Source: Thermodesulfobacteriota bacterium
Lineage (GTDB): Bacteria > Desulfobacterota_D > UBA1144 > Nemesobacterales > Nemesobacteraceae
Direction: 5' to 3'
Assembly: GCA_965202785.1 (NCBI GenBank)
Contig: OZ241855.1
Coordinates: 928,001 to 992,000 of the forward strand
DNA: 64,000 bases
This document shows, one piece after another, positions 18,818-28,434 of this stretch. A program made the position numbers and the translations under genes. The first letter of the stretch is position 1, and every line of letters starts with the position of its first letter. The notes beneath the pieces were generated by a model that saw only the letters and a program-made list of their open reading frames with translations, was not told where the DNA came from and ran no database searches.

Positions 18818-19588
18818 TTGGATAACATGTACGAATACGATCTTCTTTCTTTGGCTCTGCTTTTTTTCACGGGCGTTCTTGCGGGAGTGATAAACGTTAT
18901 GGCGGGCGGCGGAAGCAGCATTGTTCTTCCGGTGCTCATATTTCTTGGAATCGATCCCACTGTCGCAAACGGAACAAACAGGGTAGCGATTTTGTTTCAG
19001 AATTTCTTCGCGACTCTTTCCTTTAAAAAAGAGGGTGTTGCCGACATAAAAACCAGCGTCAAGCTTGCGGTTTTCACTCTCCCCGGCGTTCTTGTGGGAG
19101 CTTTCGCGGCGGTACGGGTCGGGGATGAGCTTTTCGAGAAAATTCTGGCCGTCGTACTTATCTTTGTCTGCGCTTCTTTTTTCCTTAAAGTTGATTCTTT
19201 TGGCAAGCTGCTCGGCGGACACGACGGGGAGGGACAGGGATGGATTCTTTATCCGGCACTTGTGCTTATAGGTTTTTACGGCGGCTTTATACAAGTCGGC
19301 GTGGGGATCTTCATAATGGCGGCTCTTTACCATCTTATGGGAGCATCACTCGCCAAGGTAAACGCGCACAAAGTGATTGTGGTGCTTATCTACACGATTC
19401 CGGCAATCCTTATATTTTTTCTAAGCGGCAACATAAGCTGGTTCATAGGTATCTGTCTTGCCGCGGGAAATTCGGTTGGCGGATGGTTCGGTGCCACGTT
19501 TTCTGTAAGGGGCGGCGAAAAATACATAAGGATGGTACTTGTTGTTGCCGTCGGGCTTATGGCTCTTAAGCTACTCGGGGTATTTTAA
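18818..19588 (+). CDS. TauE/SafE (TSUP) sulfite exporter family
   Basis: AGVINVMAGGGS, ANGTNR, GFYGGFIQVGVG; multiple TM segments. Confidence 0.88.
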   Translation: MDNMYEYDLLSLALLFFTGVLAGVINVMAGGGSSIVLPVLIFLGIDPTVANGTNRVAILFQNFFATLSFKKEGVADIKTSVKLAVFTLPGVLVGAFAAVRVGDELFEKILAVVLIFVCASFFLKVDSFGKLLGGHDGEGQGWILYPALVLIGFYGGFIQVGVGIFIMAALYHLMGASLAKVNAHKVIVVLIYTIPAILIFFLSGNISWFIGICLAAGNSVGGWFGATFSVRGGEKYIRMVLVVAVGLMALKLLGVF

Positions 19589-19602
19589 GCGCTGGGTGGA
19601 TG

Positions 19603-21621
19603 TCATGCGCCTGAGCCTGGGAGGGGATCCGCCTCGGTCTTTCTCAGAAATTCGTACAGTGTGTGGTAGATGTTTTTGTTCTGTATCAGTCCCTCGTGAG
19701 TTCCCTGCTCCACCACTTCTCCTTTATGGATCACTATTACGTTATCCACGTTCTTTAGGGTTGAGAGCTTGTGGGTTATCACGAGCCTTGCCTGGGAGCC
19801 CGCGTTCTTCCTTATCACTTCCTGTATCCTTTCTTCAGTTTCCGCGTCCAGGTGGGAAGTCGCCTCGTCCATTATAAGGAGTTTCGAATCTTTCCTGACC
19901 GCTTTTTCGATCGATCGGGCCTGGGTTTCTCCCGAGGAAAGCTTTACGGTTTCGGCTGCTTGGCCATCCCTCTCGTCGGATACGTCCTTTTCGAACAGAA
20001 ACAGGTCCTGGAAGATGGCGGTTATATTCGAGCGCAGATACCGGTTTGACAGTTCCTCGATGTCTATGCCATTGAAGAGAATCTGGCCTCTTTGGGGTTT
20101 ATAGAATTTAAGGATCAGGTTCACGATGGTCGTCTTCCCCGCTCCCGTGATTCCCACAAGGGCGGTGCTTTCCCCCGGTTTTATTACGAAGGATGCGTTT
20201 TTGAGCACCCATTCGCGCTCGTTATACGAAAACCATACGCCCCGGAACTCAAGAGAGCCTTCGGTTGTTGCGGGCACCAGAGATCCGCTTGCCTCGGGTT
20301 TTTCCGCCAGAGTGTCGTAGAGGTTTTCAGAGGCGGCAACGGCGGACTGGAAGACATTGAATTTTTCAGAAAGCTCTTGGATGGGCTTGAATATCATCCT
20401 CACGTAGTAAAGAAACGCGAGCAGGGCGCCCAGGGAGAGATCAAGGTTCATAACCCCGATTGCCCCGTACCAAAGTATTATCCCTGTTGCCGCTATGCCC
20501 ACGTACTCTATTGAAGGGCGGAAAAACACGTAGACCCAGAGCTGCTGTATGTTGGCCCTGTAGTTCTCCGTGTTTACCTCCCAGAATTTCTCGAAGTTTC
20601 TTTTCTCTTTTCCGTAAAGCTTGAGGAGCACTATTCCCCTCATGCTTTCGGCGACAAAGGCGTTAAGCTTGCCTATGGTTCGTCGAATCTCCCTGTACAC
20701 CAGTCGGAGCTTCATTCGGAAAATGGAGACCGTGAAAGTAAGAAACGCCGTAAGCGCGACGATTATAAGCGTGAGTCCGACGTTCATCCTGAACATGATC
20801 ACCAGGGTGCCGATTATGATTATGATGTCCTTTATGAAATGTATGAGGACGGAGGTGTACATTTCGTTTATGGCATTCACGTCGTTTGTAACGCGGGTGG
20901 TTATCCTGCCCACGGGGTTCCGGTCGAAGTACTGCTGAGGGAGGGTGAATATGTGGGAGAGGGTGTGGTTCCGCATGTCATGCATTATTTTTTGACCCGA
21001 GTAGTGAAGAATGTAGGTAAAAGAACAGGTGAAGATGAAAATTCCGACTACGGATAAAACCACGTATAAAGCGAGGGTCTTGAGCCTTTTTGTCTGTTGT
21101 GAGCGAAGAATCGACACTTCCTTTTTGCCGAGCGACTCAAGGTCCGAGTGAGCAAGAAACGCGGTCCCCTCGGTTTCCTCGAACAAGGACGCGTTTCGGG
21201 CTATTATTCCCAAAACCTCCCGCTTTTCATCTCCCCCAAATTCTCCGGGGTCGACCACGATGTATTTTGTCTCTGAGAACTCAACGCCCGAGCGCTCGAT
21301 TCTGTCTTTCTCCGAGGAGGAGAGCTTTGAGAAATCGACCAGAAACCCTCCGTCCGCAAGGGCAAACGTGGATTTCGCCCCGAGCCCCGAAAGCGCCCGC
21401 TCCGTTTCTTCCCCTCTCTCTGCCCTGCTCCATGTAGGATAGATATAGTCATCGACCGCGACTTTGATGAGATAGGGAACCGTGATTTCAAGCGCCGCCG
21501 TAGCCATCATCAGAAGAAGCGACAGGGTGAAGTAACCGCGGTACTTCCCCAAAAAGCCCAGAATCCACCCCAGAATCTTAAGATCGTAGGTTGATTTCCT
21601 GTTTTTTTCCAACTCGCTCAT
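19603..21621 (-). CDS. Heterodimeric ABC exporter subunit (TMD+NBD) with shortened helical subdomain
   Basis: GITGAGKT, IMDEATSHLD, ITHK; signature is degenerate (LSSGE). Confidence 0.88.
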   Translation of the reverse strand: MSELEKNRKSTYDLKILGWILGFLGKYRGYFTLSLLLMMATAALEITVPYLIKVAVDDYIYPTWSRAERGEETERALSGLGAKSTFALADGGFLVDFSKLSSSEKDRIERSGVEFSETKYIVVDPGEFGGDEKREVLGIIARNASLFEETEGTAFLAHSDLESLGKKEVSILRSQQTKRLKTLALYVVLSVVGIFIFTCSFTYILHYSGQKIMHDMRNHTLSHIFTLPQQYFDRNPVGRITTRVTNDVNAINEMYTSVLIHFIKDIIIIIGTLVIMFRMNVGLTLIIVALTAFLTFTVSIFRMKLRLVYREIRRTIGKLNAFVAESMRGIVLLKLYGKEKRNFEKFWEVNTENYRANIQQLWVYVFFRPSIEYVGIAATGIILWYGAIGVMNLDLSLGALLAFLYYVRMIFKPIQELSEKFNVFQSAVAASENLYDTLAEKPEASGSLVPATTEGSLEFRGVWFSYNEREWVLKNASFVIKPGESTALVGITGAGKTTIVNLILKFYKPQRGQILFNGIDIEELSNRYLRSNITAIFQDLFLFEKDVSDERDGQAAETVKLSSGETQARSIEKAVRKDSKLLIMDEATSHLDAETEERIQEVIRKNAGSQARLVITHKLSTLKNVDNVIVIHKGEVVEQGTHEGLIQNKNIYHTLYEFLRKTEADPLPGSGA

Positions 21622-21630
21622 TTGTACATC

Positions 21631-23421
21631 CTAGACAGACTGCAGTTTTTCAAGCGCGTAGTAGACTCCGCGTCGCTCCACAAGTTCCCCGCGCCCCCCG
21701 CTCTCGATTATCTGCCCGTTTTTCATGACCGCGATTCGCGAGAGTCCCACCACAGAAGATATTCTGTTTGAGATTATGACCACCGTGCGCCCGCGCATTG
21801 CCTCTATCACATTTGTTATCACGGTGTTCTCCGTCTGGGGATCAAGGGACGAGAGCACGTCATCGAGTATAAGGACCTCGGGCCTGAGCACCAGGGCCCT
21901 CGCTATGGCCAGGCGCTGTCTCTGCCCTCCCGAAAGGCTGAGTCCCCGCTCTCCCACCACGGTGTCGAATCCCTGCTGAAACTCCATTATCTGTTCGTAT
22001 ATCCCCGCCGTTTTGGCGGCCTGCTCTACCTGCTCGCGGGTTATGTCAGGGTTTATGAAGGTGATGTTGTCATAAACCGTTCCGCTGAACACGGTTATTT
22101 CCTGCGGCACGTAGACTACGGTTTCCTGAAGGCTTTTTCTTGATATTCCCCCTATGTCGATCCCGTCGATCGTTATTCCTCCCGACTCGGTCTCGTGGAT
22201 CTTCAAGAGCAGCTTCATCAGGGTGGTTTTCCCCGAGCCCACAAGCCCCGTTATTCCCAGAGTCGCGCCGCGGGGTATGTGCAGGTTAACATTGCGCAGA
22301 GCCGGGGTGGAGCCGTAGGAGAAGGAAACCCCGGAGAATTTTATGTCTCCCTTTAGCTCATAGTCCTTCTCCCCTGCCCGGGTTTCGTCTTTTTCTTCGA
22401 CTGCGAAAATGTTGTTCAGCCGGTTTATCGAAGCGTTTCCCCTCTTTAGTAGATCAATCGCCCACCCCATGGCCATCATGGGCCAGGCGAGCATCATGAG
22501 GTAAACCAGTATGGCGGAGAATTCCCCGAGGGTTATTTCGGTGCCGATCGCTCCTGCTCCCCCGAAGAAAAGAAACAGGGCCGTTGCTAATGAGGGTACA
22601 AAATATATAAACGGCTGAAAGCCCGCCCGGATTTTCACCAGGCGTACATTTTTTTCAAGATAATCCGCGCTTGCGCGGTCAAAATCCCGCTCCTCGGCCT
22701 GCTCAAGCCCGAATGCCTTTACCACCTTGATTCCCGAGACCGGCTTCCTCGCACTTTCGGTGAGCTCTGAGAAGGAGTCCTGGGAACGCTGGAATCTGCT
22801 CTCTATCATGTTCCCGAACTTGTATATGAAGACAGCGAGCACGGGAAACGGCAAGAACGCGTAGAGGGCCATCTCGGGAGAAATGTAGATCATCGCGGCG
22901 AAGATGAAGAAAAACAAGAAGACTCCGTCGTACGCTATGAGCAGCCCCAGGCCGCAGGAGAACTTGAGAGTTTCTATGTCGTTTACCGTGTGCGCCATCA
23001 GGTCGCCGACCTTTCTTCCCGAGAAGAAATCGAAATTAAGCTTTTGGACGTGCTCGAAAAAATCGTTTCTGAGGGAGTACTCTATTTTTCTCGCCCCGCC
23101 CATTATGAAATACCGCCAGCCAAGTCGAAAAAACGCCATGAGCAGCCCGAGACCGAGTATGTAGAGGGAGTACTTGGTTATGAGGGAAAAATCTGTGCTC
23201 TGCAGGGTGAGTTCATCTATTATCCACTGGATTACTATGGGAACCGATAGCTGCGCCATATCCACCAGCGTGAGAGACACAAGACCGGTTAGAAACGAGT
23301 ACCGGTACCGTAAAATAAGGGAGGAGATGCTTGTTTTTCTGATCAACGGTATACGAGAATATCTTACAGGACCAAAAAGCCGGACGGCTACCAAGCCTTG
23401 GTCCCGCCGGATAAAAAGCAA
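21631..23421 (-). CDS. Heterodimeric ABC exporter subunit (degenerate Walker B and H-loop); true start may be downstream
   Basis: GLVGSGKT, LSGGQRQ, ILDDVLSSLD (D instead of catalytic E), ISNR (N instead of H). Confidence 0.88.
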   Translation of the reverse strand: MLFIRRDQGLVAVRLFGPVRYSRIPLIRKTSISSLILRYRYSFLTGLVSLTLVDMAQLSVPIVIQWIIDELTLQSTDFSLITKYSLYILGLGLLMAFFRLGWRYFIMGGARKIEYSLRNDFFEHVQKLNFDFFSGRKVGDLMAHTVNDIETLKFSCGLGLLIAYDGVFLFFFIFAAMIYISPEMALYAFLPFPVLAVFIYKFGNMIESRFQRSQDSFSELTESARKPVSGIKVVKAFGLEQAEERDFDRASADYLEKNVRLVKIRAGFQPFIYFVPSLATALFLFFGGAGAIGTEITLGEFSAILVYLMMLAWPMMAMGWAIDLLKRGNASINRLNNIFAVEEKDETRAGEKDYELKGDIKFSGVSFSYGSTPALRNVNLHIPRGATLGITGLVGSGKTTLMKLLLKIHETESGGITIDGIDIGGISRKSLQETVVYVPQEITVFSGTVYDNITFINPDITREQVEQAAKTAGIYEQIMEFQQGFDTVVGERGLSLSGGQRQRLAIARALVLRPEVLILDDVLSSLDPQTENTVITNVIEAMRGRTVVIISNRISSVVGLSRIAVMKNGQIIESGGRGELVERRGVYYALEKLQSV

Positions 23422-23504
23422 ATTTCAGGCGGCACTCGACCGCTAAATCATTATACAGTGAAAAATCCGCAGAGGATAATCTGCCGTGTCCTGGGGGGCG
23501 GATT

Positions 23505-24167
23505 TTGCCCGGACGGTCGGAGATAGGGTATTTTTTTCGAGCGGAGGCAAATAGCGTGGAGGATGTTTCCTATCAGGTTCCTGCGGGGGTTTCGACGGCG
23601 CAGCGGATTATAAAGAAAAGCAGGTTCATAGCCACTGTCGGGCGGGCAGGCACAAGAGGCGAGGCCGAAGATTTCATAGCGAGCGTAAGGGCTCTTCACC
23701 CCACGGCGAGTCATAACTGCTATGCGTTTTTGGCCTGCGCCCCGGGGGGGACGGATATCGGTTTCGGCGATGACGGGGAGGTCTCGGGAACCGCCGGGCG
23801 GCCCATGATGACTCTTTTGGAGCACAGCGGAATAGGGGAGATAGCGGTCGTGGTAACCCGGTATTTCGGAGGGATAAAACTCGGCCCCGGCGGGCTTCTG
23901 AGGGCATACACGGATTCCCTGCGGGCGGCCTTGGGGGAGCTTGAGCTTAAGGACCATGTCCCGGTGCGGGCGGGGCACCTGGTTTTTTCCTATGCGCATG
24001 AGAATTCCATACGGATTCTGTTTGAGAAATCGGGTGTTACGATAACCAGCGTCGAGCGCGGAGAGGATGTTCGCTTCGGTTTCACGGCGCCTCTTGGCGT
24101 CATCGCAAACCTTGAAGAGAAAGTTGCCTCCCTGACCAGAGGGAAATCCAAGCTTGTCTGGACATAG
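23505..24167 (+). CDS. yigZ: YigZ/IMPACT family protein
   Basis: IKKSRFIA, ASHNCYA, DDGE..GTAGRPM, VTRYFGGIKLGPGGL. Confidence 0.9.
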   Translation: MPGRSEIGYFFRAEANSVEDVSYQVPAGVSTAQRIIKKSRFIATVGRAGTRGEAEDFIASVRALHPTASHNCYAFLACAPGGTDIGFGDDGEVSGTAGRPMMTLLEHSGIGEIAVVVTRYFGGIKLGPGGLLRAYTDSLRAALGELELKDHVPVRAGHLVFSYAHENSIRILFEKSGVTITSVERGEDVRFGFTAPLGVIANLEEKVASLTRGKSKLVWT

Positions 24168-24253
24168 CGGGGCGGAGGACTCGTTTAGAGCGGGTATTTC
24201 CTGTTCTGCCGTAAGGTCAAAGCCGGTATACTAACTTTCAATCAATTTCACAG

Positions 24254-24778
24254 GTGGAGGCGGTTATGAACGTTTACGAGTGCGTAAGATCGCTTAGTTC
24301 CGTAAGAAGTTACCTCGACGCAGAGGTTCCAGACGAAGTCATCATGGAGGTCATGGAGTCAGGGAGGCTCTCGCCGAGCGCCCACAACAATCAGCCGTGG
24401 GAATTTGTGCTTATAAAGGACCGCGCAATGCTCCGGGAAATGGGAAAGTACTGCACAAGCGGCAGCTTCATCGTGCAGGTGGCTTTCGCGGTGGTGCTCT
24501 TGGTGGATCCGCGAAGCAAGTGGCACCAGATTGACGGCACTAGGGCCGCGCAGAACATGGTTTTAGTGGCGTGGAGCCACGGACTTGGGTCCTGCTGGAT
24601 AGGAAGAATAGAGAAGGAAGAGCTTAAAAGGTATCTTGGAGTGCCGGAAGAACTCGACGTCCTTACCGTGCTTCCCTTCGGTTACTTCGACAAAAGGCGG
24701 GTCGCTGCCGGGAAGTTGAGGAAAAGTCCGGACGAGGTCTTTCATCTGGACGGTTACGGAAAAAGAATTCCGGAATAA
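24254..24778 (+). CDS. Nitroreductase family protein
   Basis: SVRSY, SPSAHNNQPWEF, GLGSCWIG. Confidence 0.9.
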   Translation: MEAVMNVYECVRSLSSVRSYLDAEVPDEVIMEVMESGRLSPSAHNNQPWEFVLIKDRAMLREMGKYCTSGSFIVQVAFAVVLLVDPRSKWHQIDGTRAAQNMVLVAWSHGLGSCWIGRIEKEELKRYLGVPEELDVLTVLPFGYFDKRRVAAGKLRKSPDEVFHLDGYGKRIPE

Positions 24779-24836
24779 GAGGCTTGCGGGGCTTTTCGCG
24801 TGGCGGACGAAAAAGCGTACTGACGGAAGATTTCAG

Positions 24837-25460
24837 ATGAAAAAGTATCTTGTCGAATTCATAGGAACTTTCTTTCTCGTCTTCACTATAGGGAATGTCG
24901 TTATCGCTCCCGGTGCCGGGCTTTTCGCGCCCCTGGCCATAGGAGCAGTGCTCACCGCGCTGATTTACGCCGGGGGACACATCTCGGGAGCTCACTATAA
25001 CCCGGCCGTGACGATGGCGTTCTGGTTCAGGGGAAAAATAAACTCGGGTGATGTCTTTCCCTATATGGTGACGCAGGTTGTTGCGGGCGTCCTAGCTGCC
25101 TTGGCCGTTCTGCTTGTAAAGGGAGCCCCGGAGATCTCGCCCATGGAGATATCTCCCCTGCCGGCTCTCATTGCGGAAGCGCTTTTTACCTTCGCGCTCT
25201 GCATGGTAATACTCGAAGTCGCGACCTCGAAGGCGACACAAGGCAATTCCTATTACGGCATCGCCATAGGATTCGTGGTCATGGCAGGGACGTACGCAGT
25301 CGGGAATATCTCGGGGGGAGTTTTCAATCCCGCGGTGGCGGTTGGGATAATCATGATGGGAATCGTGAATCCCTCCTCCATATGGATTTACCTGTGTGCG
25401 AATTTTATTGGAGGCTTTTTCGCGCCGGCGATCTACAGGCTTATTCACCCAGACGAGTGA
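24837..25460 (+). CDS. Aquaporin/MIP channel
   Basis: EFIGTF, HISGAHYNPAVT and SGGVFNPAVA (two NPA boxes). Confidence 0.93.
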   Translation: MKKYLVEFIGTFFLVFTIGNVVIAPGAGLFAPLAIGAVLTALIYAGGHISGAHYNPAVTMAFWFRGKINSGDVFPYMVTQVVAGVLAALAVLLVKGAPEISPMEISPLPALIAEALFTFALCMVILEVATSKATQGNSYYGIAIGFVVMAGTYAVGNISGGVFNPAVAVGIIMMGIVNPSSIWIYLCANFIGGFFAPAIYRLIHPDE

Positions 25461-25492
25461 CTTCGCGGCACAAAGCGTATGGACTGCGTAGG

Positions 25493-26272
25493 ATGAATTT
25501 TAAGAAGCTTGGAAACACGGAAATTCTCGTTCCCGAGATCGGACTCGGCACGTGGAACTACAAGGGAGGAGTGGAACCTCTGAGGGCGGGCATCAAGCTT
25601 GGGGCTTCGCTTATAGACACCGCCGAGGGGTACTACACGGAGGATATAGTCGGCGAGGCCGTGCGGCCCTTCAGGGACGAGGTCATTATAGCGACCAAGG
25701 TTTCGGGAAGGAACTTGGCTCACGACAGCATTCTTAGATCCTGCGAGGCGAGTCTTGAGAAGCTTGGAACGGACTGCATAGATCTTTACCAGATACACTG
25801 GCCGAATCCCGCCTATCCCATAGAAGGGACAATGAGGGCGCTTGAGAAACTGGTTGACCGCGGATGCGTGAGCTACGTCGGGGTGAGCAATTTTTCCGCG
25901 AGGCAGATGCGCGAGGCCCAGCACTATTTTCCCAACTACCCCATAGTCTCAAATCAGGTGCTCTACAACCTCAGATCAAGGGACATAGAAAAAGAGCTGC
26001 TTCCCTACTGCCTGGATAACGGTGTAACCGTAATGGCCTACACCCCGCTTGACGCCGGAAGGCTCTGCCGCCCCGTGGGCAGGGTTTTGTCCCAGATAGC
26101 GGCCGAGACCGGGAAGACGGAGGCACAGGTCGCTCTTAACTGGTGCGTTTGCCGGGAGAACGTAATCGCCATTCCCAAGGCGGATTCGGTGGCGAGAACG
26201 GTCGAGAACTGCGGGGGCTCGGGATGGAGACTTTCCCCGGAGCAGTTGCGCATGCTCGATGAGAGATTCTGA
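25493..26272 (+). CDS. Aldo/keto reductase
   Basis: IGLGTW, IDTAEGY, ATKV, DLYQIHWP, GVSNF, IPK; start at ATG 25493. Confidence 0.92.
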   Translation: MNFKKLGNTEILVPEIGLGTWNYKGGVEPLRAGIKLGASLIDTAEGYYTEDIVGEAVRPFRDEVIIATKVSGRNLAHDSILRSCEASLEKLGTDCIDLYQIHWPNPAYPIEGTMRALEKLVDRGCVSYVGVSNFSARQMREAQHYFPNYPIVSNQVLYNLRSRDIEKELLPYCLDNGVTVMAYTPLDAGRLCRPVGRVLSQIAAETGKTEAQVALNWCVCRENVIAIPKADSVARTVENCGGSGWRLSPEQLRMLDERF

Positions 26273-26346
26273 AGTTTCGTTTTTACGGTCCCATTATGTG
26301 ATATACTTAGCAGGTTGAACACGGAATAAGAGGAGGAGAGTGTGCG

Positions 26347-27672
26347 ATGAGTTTAAAAAAAACGCTTTCACTTTTGGTTTTCTTTTTTGTTTTAGCTTTC
26401 TTTTCTTTTACCGACCCCGCTTCGGCGAGCGAACTTGATACGGGCGATACCGCTTGGATACTGATTTCAACCGGGCTTGTTCTTTTCATGATGATTCCCG
26501 GACTTGCGCTTTTCTACGGAGGGCTGGTCGGCAAAAAGAATGTTCTTTCGGTGCTGATGCAGTGCTTTTCCATTACCGCTGTAGTGACGATTATATGGAC
26601 GTTTTTCGGCTACAGCATGGCTTTTGACACCACCGGTATGGTAGCGGGAGAGCTTGGGGTAAATGCCTTTGTGGGAGGTTTCTCAAAGGCATTTCTACAT
26701 GGGGTGAGCCTCGATACTCTTTCGGGAACGATTCCGGAAGTACTGTTCTTCGCCTTCCAGCTTACTTTTGCAATCATTACCCCGGGACTTATAATCGGGG
26801 CGTTTGCGGAGAGAATGAAGTTCTCGGCCATGCTTCTGTTCAGCGCTCTGTGGGTGATATTCTGCTACTTCCCGATCGCGCATATGGTCTGGGGAGGAGA
26901 GGGTTCCTACCTGGGGGATATGGGAGTGATTGACTTTGCAGGCGGAATAGTCGTCCATATCACAGCGGGTACCGCGGCCCTTGTGGCAGCGATACTGGTC
27001 GGGGCCAGGAGGGGCTACCCCAGACAACTTCCGCTTCCGCACAACCTCACTCTTACAATGATAGGAACCGCAATGCTCTGGGTTGGATGGTTCGGGTTCA
27101 ATGGAGGAAGCGCTCTTGCGGCGGGGGGACAGGCGGCCATGGCGGTCGTCGTGACCCAGATTTCCCCGTGCGTTGCCGCTCTTACTTGGATATTCTTGGA
27201 AAGCGTGAGATCGGGCAAGCCGAGTGCTCTGGGTTTTGCGACTGGGGCCATCGCTGGTCTTGCGGCGATAACTCCCGCCTCGGGCACCGTGGGACCGATT
27301 GGAGCCATAGTAATAGGATGCGCGTCTTCCGTGCTTGCCTACATAGCGGCCACATACGTCAAGTTCCGTTTCAGGTATGACGACGCGCTTGACGTTGTGG
27401 GAGTCCACGGAGTCGGAGGCCTTGTCGGAATTATACTGGTTGCAATCTTCGCGTCGACGTCTTACGGCGGGTCGATCGCGGACCTAGACATAGGTGCGCA
27501 GCTCGGCATACAGGTCTACGGAGGCATATTCGCAGTCGTTTACACCGCTATAGTAAGCTATATAGTGCTCAAGATTGTTGACATGCTCGTAGGACTCAGG
27601 GTTGATGAGGATGGAGAGAGCCAGGGTCTTGACATAACGGATCACGGAGAAGAGGGCTACCACGGCATCTAG
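26347..27672 (+). CDS. amtB: Ammonium transporter
   Basis: PGLALFYGG, FQLTFAIITP, DFAGGIVVH, GWFGFNGGS, DDALDVVGVHG. Confidence 0.96.
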   Translation: MSLKKTLSLLVFFFVLAFFSFTDPASASELDTGDTAWILISTGLVLFMMIPGLALFYGGLVGKKNVLSVLMQCFSITAVVTIIWTFFGYSMAFDTTGMVAGELGVNAFVGGFSKAFLHGVSLDTLSGTIPEVLFFAFQLTFAIITPGLIIGAFAERMKFSAMLLFSALWVIFCYFPIAHMVWGGEGSYLGDMGVIDFAGGIVVHITAGTAALVAAILVGARRGYPRQLPLPHNLTLTMIGTAMLWVGWFGFNGGSALAAGGQAAMAVVVTQISPCVAALTWIFLESVRSGKPSALGFATGAIAGLAAITPASGTVGPIGAIVIGCASSVLAYIAATYVKFRFRYDDALDVVGVHGVGGLVGIILVAIFASTSYGGSIADLDIGAQLGIQVYGGIFAVVYTAIVSYIVLKIVDMLVGLRVDEDGESQGLDITDHGEEGYHGI

Positions 27673-27708
27673 AGTGGGGGTGGAGACCTGCGCTCGCATG
27701 GTTTATGT

Positions 27709-27939
27709 ATGAGCCCTTCTGCACGGGAAACTATGGTCTGTTCCTGCGGCTACTCCGTCGGGGACCCTTGGGTGGTTCCGAAGCAGAGGTACTCTTTTTT
27801 CGGCTGGTTCGTGATGAGTTGCGGGATAAGCTACCCGCCGAGGCGGATCAACATAGAGTGTGACCGTTGCGGGGAGGTCTTCGATGTGATCGAGGGAGAC
27901 AGAAAATTCCTTGAGGAGTATATGCTCCGCAACCGCTGA
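27709..27939 (+). CDS. Small putative Zn-binding protein (CxC...CxxC with hydrophobic hairpin)
   Basis: CSCG ... FFGWFVMSCGIS ... CDRCGEVF; fills the gap between amtB and the convergent gene exactly. Confidence 0.6.
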   Translation: MSPSARETMVCSCGYSVGDPWVVPKQRYSFFGWFVMSCGISYPPRRINIECDRCGEVFDVIEGDRKFLEEYMLRNR

Positions 27940-28416
27940 TCACATCTTGTACTTGCCGAAATCCTCATCCGGTATGTCTTCCAGGACATCGCCTGCGCTT
28001 TGGCCCTTGTCCCCGACTTTTACGCTGAGAGCGGCTTTTATCACCTCTTCGTCAACCATGATGCGACACCCGGTCCTGAGCGCTATCGCTATGGCGTCGC
28101 TCGGGCGGGAATCCACAAGGAGTTCCTCTCCGTCTTTCTTGATGCGAAGGCGGGCGTAAAAGGTGTTTTCCCGAAGTTCCGTGATCTCTATTTCAATGAC
28201 TTCGTAGCCGGTGGCGGCGATTACGTTTTTCAGAAGATCGTGGGTGAGGGGTCTCGGTCTCGGGGTTTTTTTGATCTCCATTGCTATTGCGCTTGCCTCC
28301 TCGAATCCTATCCAAAGCGGAAGACTCCTTTCCCCTTCCTCTTCATTCAGAATGACGACGGGCATATCGGTAAAAGGGTCGGCGACTATGCAGGAAACTT
28401 TCATTTCAAGAAACAT
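27940..28416 (-). CDS. Bifunctional nuclease (DUF151) family
   Basis: LPLWIG.EEASAIA, PRPLTHDLL, DSRPSDAIAIA. Confidence 0.9.
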   Translation of the reverse strand: MFLEMKVSCIVADPFTDMPVVILNEEEGERSLPLWIGFEEASAIAMEIKKTPRPRPLTHDLLKNVIAATGYEVIEIEITELRENTFYARLRIKKDGEELLVDSRPSDAIAIALRTGCRIMVDEEVIKAALSVKVGDKGQSAGDVLEDIPDEDFGKYKM

Positions 28417-28434
28417 TTTTTCTCCCTCCCTGTG

